Source: Octopus sinensis (Eukaryota). From it: 64,000 bases of DNA. The stretch lies in NCBI RefSeq assembly GCF_006345805.1, contig NW_021832531.1, positions 372,001-436,000 of the forward strand, given 5' to 3'. Positions 25,776-37,804 of the stretch are shown piece by piece. Numbering within the stretch: position 1 is the first letter of the stretch; each line of letters begins with the position of its first letter. The position numbers and the translations under genes were made by a program. The notes beneath the pieces are model-generated. The model was given only the letters and a program-made list of their open reading frames with translations, did not search any database and was not told the origin of the DNA.

Positions 25776-27973
25776 ATGGATGAAAACATGAACGAAGATG
25801 AGTTGGAAATAGTTTAATTTTACTTACTTATTAACAGTTCGAATCTGTTAATTATTCGAACCATCACAACGACATGGAGTTTAATTTTCGTGAAGAATCT
25901 GACATTCATTCTGTCCAAACACACGAAGATCTATCTCCATTTCAGATTTCTTCAAAAATTGAGGAATCCTTAACAACTGAAAATTCCGGCTTTGTCGCAT
26001 CACCGAAAGAATGCAGCGTAGATACACCAAGTGCTCCAACACGAAGACAACGTCCGGGAAGACCTAGATCTTTGTTAGATAAGAAATGCAAAGTAAAAAG
26101 AACGGATTTATCTAATTTTTTAAAAAGTAATCACATTTTGATTTTAAAATAAAGCAGGGAAGGACTTTAATCCAGAAAATAATCAAGATCATCCAACTTT
26201 TACATTCGAAAATATAGTATTTTTTTATTTTTTATTTCGTTGGATCTTAAATTGGAAAATGGGTTTTCCAAAGGAATGTCTTTGGAGGCGGTCGACCCTT
26301 TTAATCCAAATTTGTACTGCGTCGTGAATGTGGCGGTCGTGGCAGGAACGAGAATAAGACTAAATTTTGATGGATATAATTCCTGCTATGACTTTTGGCT
26401 TGAAATTGATTCCTTATTCATGTTTCCGGTAGGTTGGTGCTCAAAAAATGGAAAAATCCTCGAGCCTCCAATGGGTTTTATTATAATATAAAATATATTA
26501 GGATATTCTGAGTTTGAATGGTCTTCTTATCTTGAAAATGATAAGAGATTTGCTGCTCCTGCTGAGTTATTTAAAGTGGAGAGTTATGACGTATTTTCAT
26601 GTTTATATTTGATTAGAAATGTTGTTGCTTATTTCAAATTGGAATGAAATTGGTGGCAATTGAGTCTGATCAACTTCCAGCATACTTTGTTAATAGAATA
26701 GCTACAGTGACTGATATATTGGGAGATTTTCTACTTTTAAAATTTGATGGAATGAAGAATTTTTGTGGTTTTTGGGCGAAAGTTGATTCTCCTTTTATAA
26801 AGCCTCTCGACGACTTTGATGATGATTTGGAAGTTCCTGATGGTTCTTTATTTTGGTAAATATTCAGATGTTTCTGGAAAATTTTCAAAAGATAAATATT
26901 TATGTGGAATGAACATTGCCCCAAAAAATTTATTTCATCCCGTTTGTAGTAATTTTGAGTATTTTTAGAGAAATCCTGTGGGATATTTTCAGGGGTTGAG
27001 AATAGAAACAGTGGACAACTACAATCATGAAATAATTCGTCAGGCGACCATTGCTTTGGTGAAAGGACACCGAATCAAGATACATTTGTTTGGATGGCCT
27101 AAACCATACGATTACTGGTTGGATGACGACAGTCCATTAGTCTATCCACCGGGGCATTGCTCTAAATATGGGCTAGAAATTACCATTTGTTTTCCGCCAT
27201 CTAAAAACAAAAACATTTCTTGTTCGACTACTATTTGCCGAGGAATAGGCCATATCAATGGACAACCTGACGCTACACACGAAATGTTTTCTTTTTTCTA
27301 ATTTGTCTAGATTGGCTCACTGTCCTTATAAAAATCATAAACCCGTTCAATTGAGAACGAGGTTGGTCAAGGATGAACCTCAGCAATGTCAAGACGTTGA
27401 TAAAAGTATCGGATCTGTTAAAAGAAATCGTTCTTTTGTTGCGAATGTCCTCGAGACAAGCACTGATGTTTCCCGTTCATCTACCGAAGTGATTCGACCT
27501 AGGAAACGACCACATCACTGGCGTAGTCGTAATGGAACAGATGAATTTAAGTCGTCTAATGAATCAAGTATATTATATTCTTCATAAGTGAGACGAAATG
27601 CGAAGCTTTGGAAATAATTATCAGTTGGAGGATTTATTTGACCCCCCAAAGTTCTCTCGTCTGAGAGAGGCAGTTAATATTCTAAAACCACATCATCTTC
27701 CAAAGAAGAGTGAAGTGCAACGCTGGAGCTGTGCTGATGTTGCTGACTTTATTAGTCATATTAATCGATGTGGACACGTAGTTGCCAGTCTTTTTAGATA
27801 CAATGTAAAATTGATCTTAATTGTTTCAGAAAATTAATGGCAAGGCGTTTCTTTTGATGCAACAGAGTGACTTGACAGATATTCTTAATATAAAATTGGG
27901 CCCTGCTTTGAAAATATACTATCACATTCTTATCTTCAACGAATCCCATTTATCTGGAGCTATTTGTGAATAA
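25776..27973 (+). CDS. L3MBTL: L(3)mbt-like Polycomb-type protein: three MBT repeats, C2HC zinc finger, SAM domain
   Basis: MBT repeats GMSLEAVDP...DFWL...FPVGWC, GMKLVAI...FDG..FW and GLRIETVD...GW..YDYW; finger CSTTICRGIGHING...H...CPY; SAM domain WSCADVADFI...INGKAFLLM...LNIKLGPALKI. Confidence 0.9.
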
Positions 27974-29371
27974 GACCGTCATATCTTTAATTAGTTTACC
28001 CGACTTTCTGTTATTTTTCATTTAAATTTATAATTTTGTTTTATGTCTAACTTTTGTCAAAGCGACCAGCTGTAAATTTTAACCTCATCAAGATGAGCTC
28101 ACTTGTTTTCTCTAAATAGCATGCCAGCATTTCCATTAGATTCATCAGTTACTTTATTTAGTCTAGATTGACTACAATTAACATACATCCAGATATATAA
28201 AAGTTACTGAAATTTATATGACAAGTCATTTGTTTAAAAGAATTTTCTATCATAGCAGATAGAAAAATTAAAACGCTGGCTCTTATTGAGAAAAGAATCC
28301 TCCAAGAAAACAGTCTTGCTCCTTCTCTTTTTGTTCTAAATTTGTATCAAAAAGATATCATAAATTCCATATTTAAAATCTTATCGTTTTGACTAATCAT
28401 TTTCTTTTTATTTCTTTAAGAAATCGTAATGTAGATCACCCCTACCTAACTACAAGGTTTAGTCAACCTCATGGTAATTAGAGATTTTAAATTATTGAGG
28501 ATGTTAATTTGCATTTTAATGGCGCTCGTTAAGAAAAAAAACTTTGCAAAATTTGATATTTCGCCTCTGCTATTATAGAAACTATAAAATTGAAGGTTTT
28601 CAAAGGATGTAACTATTTGAAAATAAATGAAATATTCTTTAATTAAGTGAATCAAAGGATCGGAAACTTAGATCATAATAAAATTGTACAGTTACTATTT
28701 TCAAGGCTATAAACAAAAACGCGCTCTCCATATAAAAATACTTTTATTTAGCAGAATTAATTGACATATTGATACGATAAAAATTGGCTAAACTTTGTTT
28801 AAATCTGGTTTTTACCTAAGTTAAAGAATAAAGGTGACGTGTCTCTTTTAGTTGTGTCTCAAAAATTTTATCGTTCTATTCGATCAGAGCCATCTACTAT
28901 CACCTCATTTAAAGTTAAGGACTATCAGCAAATTTGAAACGGAACACCCTATGCGAGAATCTAGATCGTTATGGAGTGGATCTGTGCTGTTTTCAAAAGA
29001 CAAAATTCGTGGGAAGATACGATGCCGTCTACAGAAAATACCACCTACTGTAACTATCGTCGGAATGCCGACAATACGAGAACATGCCACAAGTGAAACC
29101 ATAAACACTGTTTATTGATAACGCGAACTTGCATTAACTAACTTAAATAAGGAAATGAATCATAACTAGGGCAACATAAGTCATAAAATCAATTTCAATT
29201 CAGAGTTAAAGTTTAGTATAAAAATAATGATTAATCAAAAAATGAAGATACTAGTCGATTTATGAGAAATTCTGATCGGAGCTCAAAGTTATATTTTTTA
29301 ACAAACTTTGCAGTTAGGGGCTGATAATCATGAAGTGAAAGGTGGCAGAGAAATAAAGCCAATTAGTTTGT

Positions 29372-29410
29372 TTCCCATTGTTTCTAAGATTCTAAACGAG
29401 CGATATATTA
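29372..29410 (+). mobile_element. Tiny LINE reverse-transcriptase relic
   Basis: KPISLFPIVSKILNE resembles the RPISLLPxxSKILE motif of APE-type LINE RTs. Too short for certainty. Confidence 0.3.
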
Positions 29411-29802
29411 AAGATTAGTCAATTAATTCAATTGATTTTGAAACGAACTCATACTGAGCATCTTTAGAATTTCAGAAAAAATTGCTGATGTGAAGATTGT
29501 ATCGGGATCTAACTGATTAATTAATGAATCTTAAAAATCTAAAAATGTCAGAAATATAAATAAAAAATATCCAATTGAAAAGAAGTATAAAAAGTTTCAG
29601 TTTTAATCGCGTTTAAAAAATTTAACTTATCCGATCTCATATGACTTCTTTTAAAAATAATTGTAGTCAAAATACATTATTGGTTAAATTAAATTGTATT
29701 TCTAAAATATAGTCTTTAGGAGTTAACCAATTTTTACCAATAAATAAATACATTTTATTATCAGGCATTTCACATATTTGCGGCTTTGAGATAATAAAAT
29801 AA

Positions 29803-31586
29803 ATGGATTTATTAGGAATTACAGCAACCATCTTTTTTATTACCATAATATCTGGATATGGAATATTCGTTTCCTTTAGTAAAAATGTAAAAAGCAGTGC
29901 ATCAGCAGAATGTCATATGGTTGGCAAAAGAGATATTGGCTTGATAGTTGGAATTTTTACTATGACTGGTTACTCATATCCTAATATTATTAGCAACCTG
30001 GGTGGGCGGAGGTTACCTTAGTGGAACTGCAGAACAAATTTTTAGTAAAAATGCCGGACTCATTTGGGTTCAAGCACCCGTCGGTTACACATCAAGTCTT
30101 GTTATAGGTTTTAAATATGGCAATATTATTTGCACATAGCGGGATTGTTTTTTGCAAAGAAATTTCGGAAATTAAAATTTATAACGATGATGGATCCATT
30201 TCAAATTATTTATGGAAACGCAATTAGTGCCCTCTTAACCTTACCGGCGTTAGTAGGAGAAATATTTTGGAGTTCTTCTGTGCTTCTAGTTTTAGGTAAA
30301 TAATTTCTATGTTTGAATTTTTAGCTTCTTCGGTGAAAATAATAACTGGAATGAACCAGGAAATTTGCGTGGCAGTTTCTGCTATTTCTACAGTCGTTTA
30401 TACTATTACTGGAGGAATCTATGCCGTTTCGTATACAGTGTCAATGCAGTTAATAATTATAACAATTGGACTGGTAAATACATATTCAATTATAGAACGA
30501 TTGGGTAAAATCATATTTTATTAGATTATCGTTGCTCCATTCACTGTCAACAACGCGTACAAATTTCCTGCAGCACAAATTGACCAGATCGACTACATTG
30601 GATTTGTTAAAAAAGAGGATACAATTAAGTTTGTAGACTTATACATTACTTACATATTTGGTGGATTACCCTGGCAGGTCGTTAAGTTAGGTTTGAAACT
30701 TAGGCCTTGTTTCAAAAAGTACTTTCGAGCAAATCTCCTAAGGTTGCGAGCTATATCTCCTCTATATCAGGATTTGCTTGCGTTTTGTTGTCGATACCTG
30801 TCGTTTTTATAGGAATCGCGGCTAGGCAAACTGGTATTAGTATGTTTGACTATAAATAGACTGGGAGTCCCTAAATATTACATTTAATGCAAGCAAAAAA
30901 CTGCCTCATCTCAAACTTATGCATGAAACTGACATCCTTCCTCTGTCTATTGCATATCTCACACCTCCAGCAGTCAAATTTATAGGAATTGGAGCTATTG
31001 TTGCATCGACAATTTCCTCCATCTCTTCTTCTATACTGGCTGCTGCTTCACTCATCACACAAAATATATATACTGGTGTCATTCGCCCACAGGTATTAAA
31101 TATAAATTCTCCCTTCAGCCTTCTAAAAAAGAGCGTCGAATTGTTCAAATAATAAGCACAATATTAGTCGTCACAATCATTGCTACTTTGGCTCTCTTCA
31201 CTTCATCAGTCTACACTCTTTTTGGTCTTTGTTCAGATTTTATTTTTATTCTACTCTTCCCTCAACTAATTCTCATTGTTTATACGGACTTCGTCAATTC
31301 ATATGGAGTCCTATGTGGATACTTTTTTACACTACTTTTCAGGCTCGCTTGTGATACTGACATAGTACATTTCTTTAGTTCCAACCACATCTACCCTGCG
31401 TTCCCCTTTAAAACTGTTAGCATGCTTCTTGGAATGATTGTTACTATTTCTACATCTCTCCTAACCAAATATATCATCAAAAATAAATATCCACAACTCG
31501 ATTTCATGAAATTTTACCAAGAAGGAAAACCTCAATCGTTTAGTCAACTCAAAATTAATCAAACGGATACATCTGATAATTTATAA
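29803..31586 (+). CDS. SLC5A7: High-affinity choline transporter (CHT1)
   Basis: Spliced [106 protein letters not shown]. Confidence 0.95.
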
Positions 31587-31677
31587 TTCTTTTTCGATAA
31601 TTCAAATTTACTCTGAATTTAATTTTAACTAAATTAATAAAAGTTCAAATAGAACATTTTTAATGTGTTAAAAATAT

Positions 31678-31730
31678 TACATAAATTGACCACAATTAAT
31701 ACATAAATTGACCACGTGATCATTGACCAC
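31678..31730. repeat. Short TTGACCAC-containing direct repeats
   Basis: TACATAAATTGACCAC occurs twice (31678 and 31700), plus TTGACCAC at 31723. Confidence 0.6.
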
Positions 31731-31919
31731 AGCATGGTTTTGGTTTCATTTAATTTGATTTCCATTTAATTTAAATTTCTTTCTTAATTTGAGAAATCCT
31801 ACGCGGTGCAGCTGTTCTTGCTAAATTATGAATTATTAAGATCAGTAAAGCTTGTTTACTTTTTTTTCTTTACATAAATTATTAAAAAACAGTTAGAAAA
31901 GGGAGAAGGATTGTTTAAG

Positions 31920-33085
31920 ACTACGCAGGTTAGGGCGCCTTCCCAGATTGGAAGCAAAGTCTGGGTCGACGGCAGACCCGGCTAGGTTCCCGTTGGAGAA
32001 TGTGTCACAGCAGGTAGAATCTCATATAAGGGATCTTCCCTGCTCAAAGGGGAATGTAGTTAAGCCGTCAGGGCGTTTGCCGTCACCTCTGTCCAAACCG
32101 ACCGGTTCGAGGACGGACGGCACCCCGGCGGCTTCGAGGGAACTCTTCACAATGTCATTCAGTTCACTGTGGCGAGGCGCACGGCCTCCACTACAGAGGC
32201 AGGAGAGGGGATGTAACCCGAACTCGTCCACAGATCCGCCACAGCGACATTTGTGGGCCTGACAGATTTTGAGCCCGACACGTAAGGAGATGGCGATTCT
32301 TAGGCACTCGAAGTCCAGGAGGTTCCCAATTGAAGGGGGGAAGGCATCAATCAAAGCACTGCTGCTTGGGTGACAGCCTGCACGAAGGTAGGCGAGCCTG
32401 TGTTGGTTAAGTTTTGGAGTGAGTTCTTTGTACAAAGACCGACATACAATCTCGTCCTACTGGCGCTGGTTATCCTTGGACTCAGGCCGCCTCGAGTCAA
32501 ATCGGGCCTTCCATAAGAGACCTACCGCGACGAAATCTGCAGACACTTTCCGTTCGGGAAAGTTTTAAAGAACGATGTCTGAGAGAGGGCGGGAGGCAGA
32601 ATGAGAGGACAGATAAGCTGGAAGAGCCAAATCGGAACAGGATCTCAGACCAAGGCCACCCCAGCGCACAGGTAAGGTCGCCTGAGATTAGCCAGAATCG
32701 TCGAAAGCAAGATTGCATAGAGAGCTCATACCAAGCTTAAGGATGTAATCGAAATCAAATAGGAGGTCGCTTCTGTGGATACAGGGTGCACATCTTAGCA
32801 TATAAAGGGTCCTTGGGGGCAGAAAAGTGATTTCGCAGGAGGAAAAATGCGACGTGAGGCTCGATGTTTTCAAGCCTCTCGATTATTTTAGCGAGATTCG
32901 AAATTTTTTCAAAAAATAAAGCTTCAAGGGCGGAAGGACCCATGGGAGCCCCAAAAATTGATAGATTGAAGTTTTCGGTGATACGAACGTCTGGAAGAAT
33001 ATTGCAGCAAAAAGAAAAGGTTGCAGAGAATAAACTATGTTGAAGGCCGATGTTCACGATTTCAGATTTTTTTGCGTTGGCAGCT
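31920..33085 (-). mobile_element. CRE-like RLE retrotransposon fragment, frameshifted
   Basis: [68 protein letters not shown]. Same subfamily as 11428-12320. Confidence 0.92.
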
Positions 33086-33418
33086 TGTTTACTGAAATGC
33101 GCTGTATCATTAAAATCAGATAAAAGTTTTTGAAAAAAATTTATATTTTTTCCTTAATATTTTCATAGTGTTGCAAATGTCAGCACGTTTAAAATTTAAC
33201 TTCAATTTGTATTTTCAATCATTATCCGGTGATCAAAAGTAACTTTTTTACAGAAAAATAATCAAAATCAAATATTACTGCTGCAACCACCTAATTGTGT
33301 CTATTACTTTAATATATAGATTAGAAAGTTTTCATTTTTAGTAAAAAGAAAACTAAATTCTTCAGTGTCTTAAACAAGAAGAGAAAAACGTTCAGCGTGA
33401 TGCTAAATTTACTTCCAA

Positions 33419-36400
33419 CCTTTAGTTACTAATAACTAACTAATCTATATAATTCTCCTTCTTTTTGGACCGTTGCACTGGATCTGCGTATTCTTCTCCT
33501 CTAACACTTCATATGACACATGAGACACATCTTACGGCACATCTGGTGGATCTGTTGTTTCTCTAGCCAATTTTAGGAGGTGGTTGGTGGCCCTCGAAAC
33601 TTGTTCCTCATGTTTTTCAATTTTCACTCCATGTTTATGTTCAACAAGCATGGCCTCCAATGTCTTCTTAATCGTCAGCGATTGTATATAAGATCTAGTG
33701 GAAGCATCCAACTTCAGTCTTCTTAATAATAAAATGGTATGGTGTGTGTCTGTCTGTCTGTCTGTGTGTGCACACCAACTTCAAATTGGCAATACGATGT
33801 CCTCGACTTACATGATGAGGTCCTTAAAATCTTCCCCCCCAAAAAAAATTAAAAAAAAATTTTCTGCATTTTGGTTAAAATGAACAACTACAATGTCCTC
33901 GACTTACATGATGAACTTAAAATCTTCCCCCCCAAAAAAAATTAAAAAAAAATTTTCTGCATTTTGGTTAAAATGAACAACTACAATGTCCTCGACTTAC
34001 ATGATGAAGTCCTTAAAACCTTCCCCCAAAAAATCAAAAAATTATTTTCTGCATTTTGATTAAAATGAACAACGCGAATGTCCTCGACATTCATGATGAG
34101 GTCCATTAAAACCTTCAAGGCAAAAATCTCACGTATTAAGAATATCCTTGATGAAAACGACAGCGAGAATATTAACAATGATGAACTCCCAATTATTCGC
34201 GATAAAGAAATTCAATTCATCCTATGTTTTTCTCTTTAAAATTAAATGCATATATCATTATCGACCATGAATCAAAATTAAAGCTATTATCATATTTGAC
34301 TTTGACAGAATGTGCAATCACAGATTGCACGACTTTGAATAGAGTGTGCAATTAACAGATTTTGAAAAACCACTTTGATAGTTGAAACCACATTAGCACA
34401 ATCATTAACACAATTTACCACCAATTGACGCACTACCTTGAATAGAGTGTGCAATTAACAGATTTTGAAAAACACTTTGATAGTGATTTTGAAAAACATT
34501 TATTAGTTTGTTGACTTTACTTAGTAGTTTGACCCTACTTTGATAGTTGAAACCACATTAGCACAACCATTAACACAATTTACCACCAATTGACAGCGCA
34601 ATCAGAAGAATTTGCGTAAAAATATTAACTATTTACTTGAGTTTTTCGTAAAGATAGAATTTATTTTCGGTATGCCTCTTTTCCTAAACTTTTTTATTAT
34701 TCAAAAATAATTTTTTAAATAGATAACCGAAGGAGGAAAAACGAAGCTGAAGAAAAAACGGTCAGCTTAATAAGGTAATTAATTAAATCTTTTTTGTGTG
34801 TCGCTTTCTTGCCTGCCGCATCTCCCCCTGCCCCATTTCCGCCAGTAAAAAACAAAAAAATAAAAAAGAAAAAAAAGGAAATTACAAGGAAAAATGAAAA
34901 AATTAAATATAAAAAAATAGACCACAAAAAATGAAAAAAAAAGTTTGCAATGACAATAAACAAGGCCAGGGACAGTCATTAAAGGTAGTTGGGTTATTTT
35001 TAAAGAGTGAGTGCTTTTCACATGGACAGCTGTATGTGGGATGCTCGAGGTAGGCAGAAGAGAAAATTTATTCATATATGCCAAGGAAGGACGGACGACA
35101 AACATCGTTTATCAACAGGCGATAGAATAGGGTTACATTAAACCAGGTAGTTTTATACATCTACATAAACTTATAGTTGTTTGATGAAACAGGCCCTCCG
35201 CAGGAGCTAGGTCGCGGTGAGCGAAGCGAGCTGCCGAGCTAGTTCCATATAAGACTTATAGAATTTAGAAACTATCCCGTCCCATATGAGGACAATGGGG
35301 ATTATCGTTACCTTCGCACCGTGGATTTGAGATAATTCTCCAGCAAGAAGATCATATTTATGCAGTTTTTCTACTTCCACTTGCTTTAACATGGCGTGGG
35401 AAGTAATTCCGACTTCAATTAGAGTGATTTCGTTTTATCAAGGACAAAGATATCTGGTCTATTGTTTTTTACATGAACATCTGACTGCAAGGTGGTGTCC
35501 ACTCTTATCTCCACTTTATGATTTGAGCTAACTGACTGGACTGTGTGTGACTTTAACCTTTTGGTTTTCCTGATTCCATATTGGCGGCAGAGATGCAAAT
35601 GGATGCATCTTATAACTTCATTATGTCTTCTGGTATAATCACTGTTCAGCATTCTGCTACATCTTGTAGCCATGTGATCAACAGATTTTTTAGCTTGATT
35701 ACAATGATTGCACATTCCTCCGTTATCGTTGAAAAATATATTTCGATCTTGAATAATACAATACATTGCTTCTGATCTCGGACTGTTGTTTCCATTCACT
35801 AGCCATTCCGTAGACATATTGATGTCAACATTCTGATCCTCACAACATTTGAAAAGTACGGAATGCAACATCTTCGATTTAATAATCTTCATTAGACTCT
35901 TTTGTTGATTCTCCTTAATTATGTTTATATTCAATTCTGAAGGATCTTCAATATTGTATTTGAAGGTAAGAAATCTTGCGATGGTGGCCATATGTGTTTT
36001 ATTTATTTTCAAGACCCGCAAGATTCCAGCCTTTCTGAGACACATTGCAGACTTTCTTTCAAGATCAGTCAAAAATTGATATAACATGCATTCACTTTTA
36101 TGGACAATTGAATTAAGTCCTCTTCCAAAGTTAGATCTGCTTATATATATAATCTTTCTTTATTTGCAGGTTTCAGATGAACATGTAATTTAGATAGAAT
36201 CCTTCGAACTTCGGTATCAATGGCTTGAAACTCGTGTGGCTCAATGTCTTATTAGTCCAATATAGTAATTGTAAAGTGATAGAGAATATTCATTAATCGT
36301 CTTGAATAGATTCACTGCATTTAGCTTCGTGTTCACTAAACTTTCAATTCTCTTCTTTACATTTTCTGCAATTTTTTTCATAACTTCATGCTTCAATACA

Positions 36401-37625
36401 TTGCTTCCTTTATCCTCCAGAACTCCCAGATATCGATATCCATCATATCTGTCAAGACTTCTAGTTTCTTTAACATAATTCAAATTAATTGCAGATTTCT
36501 CAGAATTCCTCCTGAGACCAACAACACTGAAGTATTCATCAATACTTTCCATCATCCTCAAGATCGTATCTTCTTTCTCAGCAAGTATTTTCAAATCATC
36601 AATAAATAGCAGATGATTAGTTGAGTATGTTATTTGAGACGGGTCATTATGGTCAATATAGATTTTAGGAAACTTGTGATTTAGTATCCTGCTCAACGGA
36701 TCCATTGCCAGCGTAAAAAGTTGGGGAGATAGTGAATCTCCTTGAAGAATTCCTCTTTCTAATTTCACTGTTCCAATTCTATTTACATTGAGATTCAGAA
36801 TCACTTTCCATTTACTTATCAAACTTTTAATAAACTTCACAATCCACTCAGGGAGTCCAGAATAATCCAATACCAGCGATAAAAATTCATGGTTAACAGA
36901 ATCAAATGCTTTGTTTATATCAATCCATGTCGCAAATAAGTTATTTCCATAGTGATTGTTAATGCACTGGTTTATTAAAGCCTGTTCTTTTGCACCCTGG
37001 CAATGTCTTCTAGCTCCCAGTTGGTTATCCGAAACAAGACCAAAAGCTTCAATGTAGTCTGTAAGTTTAGTGTTGACACATTTTGTAACAAGTTTGTATA
37101 GTATAGGCATGCATGTAATCGGACGCAAGTCATTAGGTGATTCACAACAAGCTTTTTTTGGGATGAGAAATGTAACCCCAGTGTAAAACCACTGACCAGG
37201 ACAGTAATCTCCATTAATAATCTTCAAAATTTCATCACATAAATAATTATGGAGGGATTCAAACTTCTTAATAAAAAAGCAGTATACTCCATCGCATCCA
37301 GAAGTCTTCCAGTTTGGCGCGTAGTTAATAATACTTTTGATAAATTCTGGTTTGATGTCAACTGGGGATTGTTCTACGCCAGTTATGCGTTTTCCAACAA
37401 CATCAGTAGCAATATGATTCTCATCTTTTTTCCATATCTTCTCCCAAAATGACAAACATTCACCTTCCGACAACGTATATTTATTATCTTCTCCAGCATT
37501 CAGGTTTCGGTAAAACCTCTTTCTGTTGAGTTCAAAACAAAAATTGTCTCTTCTAAATGATTTTCGTGACTCATAAATCGAAATCCTTTTTTCCATGATT
37601 TTTATTCTATCTTCAATTAACGTAC
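33419..37625 (-). mobile_element. R4/Dong-like RLE non-LTR retrotransposon, 5'-truncated, 12-bp TSD, interrupted by a Helitron
   Basis: RT motifs NDLRPITCMP, WIDINKAFDSV, GILQGDSLSP, LLFIDDLK; finger CNHC...HMATRC, YTRRHNEV, NNRPDIFVLD, IEVGIT. The direct repeat ATTTACTTCCAA is at 33407-33418 and 37626-37637. Confidence 0.92.
33721..35242 (+). mobile_element. Non-autonomous Helitron (copy 2), 3 tandem units
   Basis: Same TCTTAATAAT/(GTCT)n 5' end, hairpin+CTAG 3' end and helicase tail as 14259-16960. Its removal restores the R4-like reading frame. Confidence 0.95.
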
Positions 37626-37804
37626 ATTTACTTCCAAATAAAATAATTAATTTAATATCTTTGCATATTTAAATTGTTATATTATTCGATTTAAATTTCT
37701 CCAGGTTTTACCCAAGGCCCAATTTGTAATTAGTTTAGTTTATAACACTGTATACAGATTTATGTAAAATTAATGAAATTTATGAAAGGTATAGTTTAAT
37801 GCTT

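Noticed and set aside
28090-29118. Coding-like stretches and the ORFs 28446-28655, 28852-29118 and 28905-29108
   Set aside because: No recognisable motif or consistent exon chain; possibly decayed sequence.
33420-33450. TTAG-like repeats as a telomeric remnant
   Set aside because: The run is too short and irregular, and it is the 3' terminus of the R4-like element next to its TSD.
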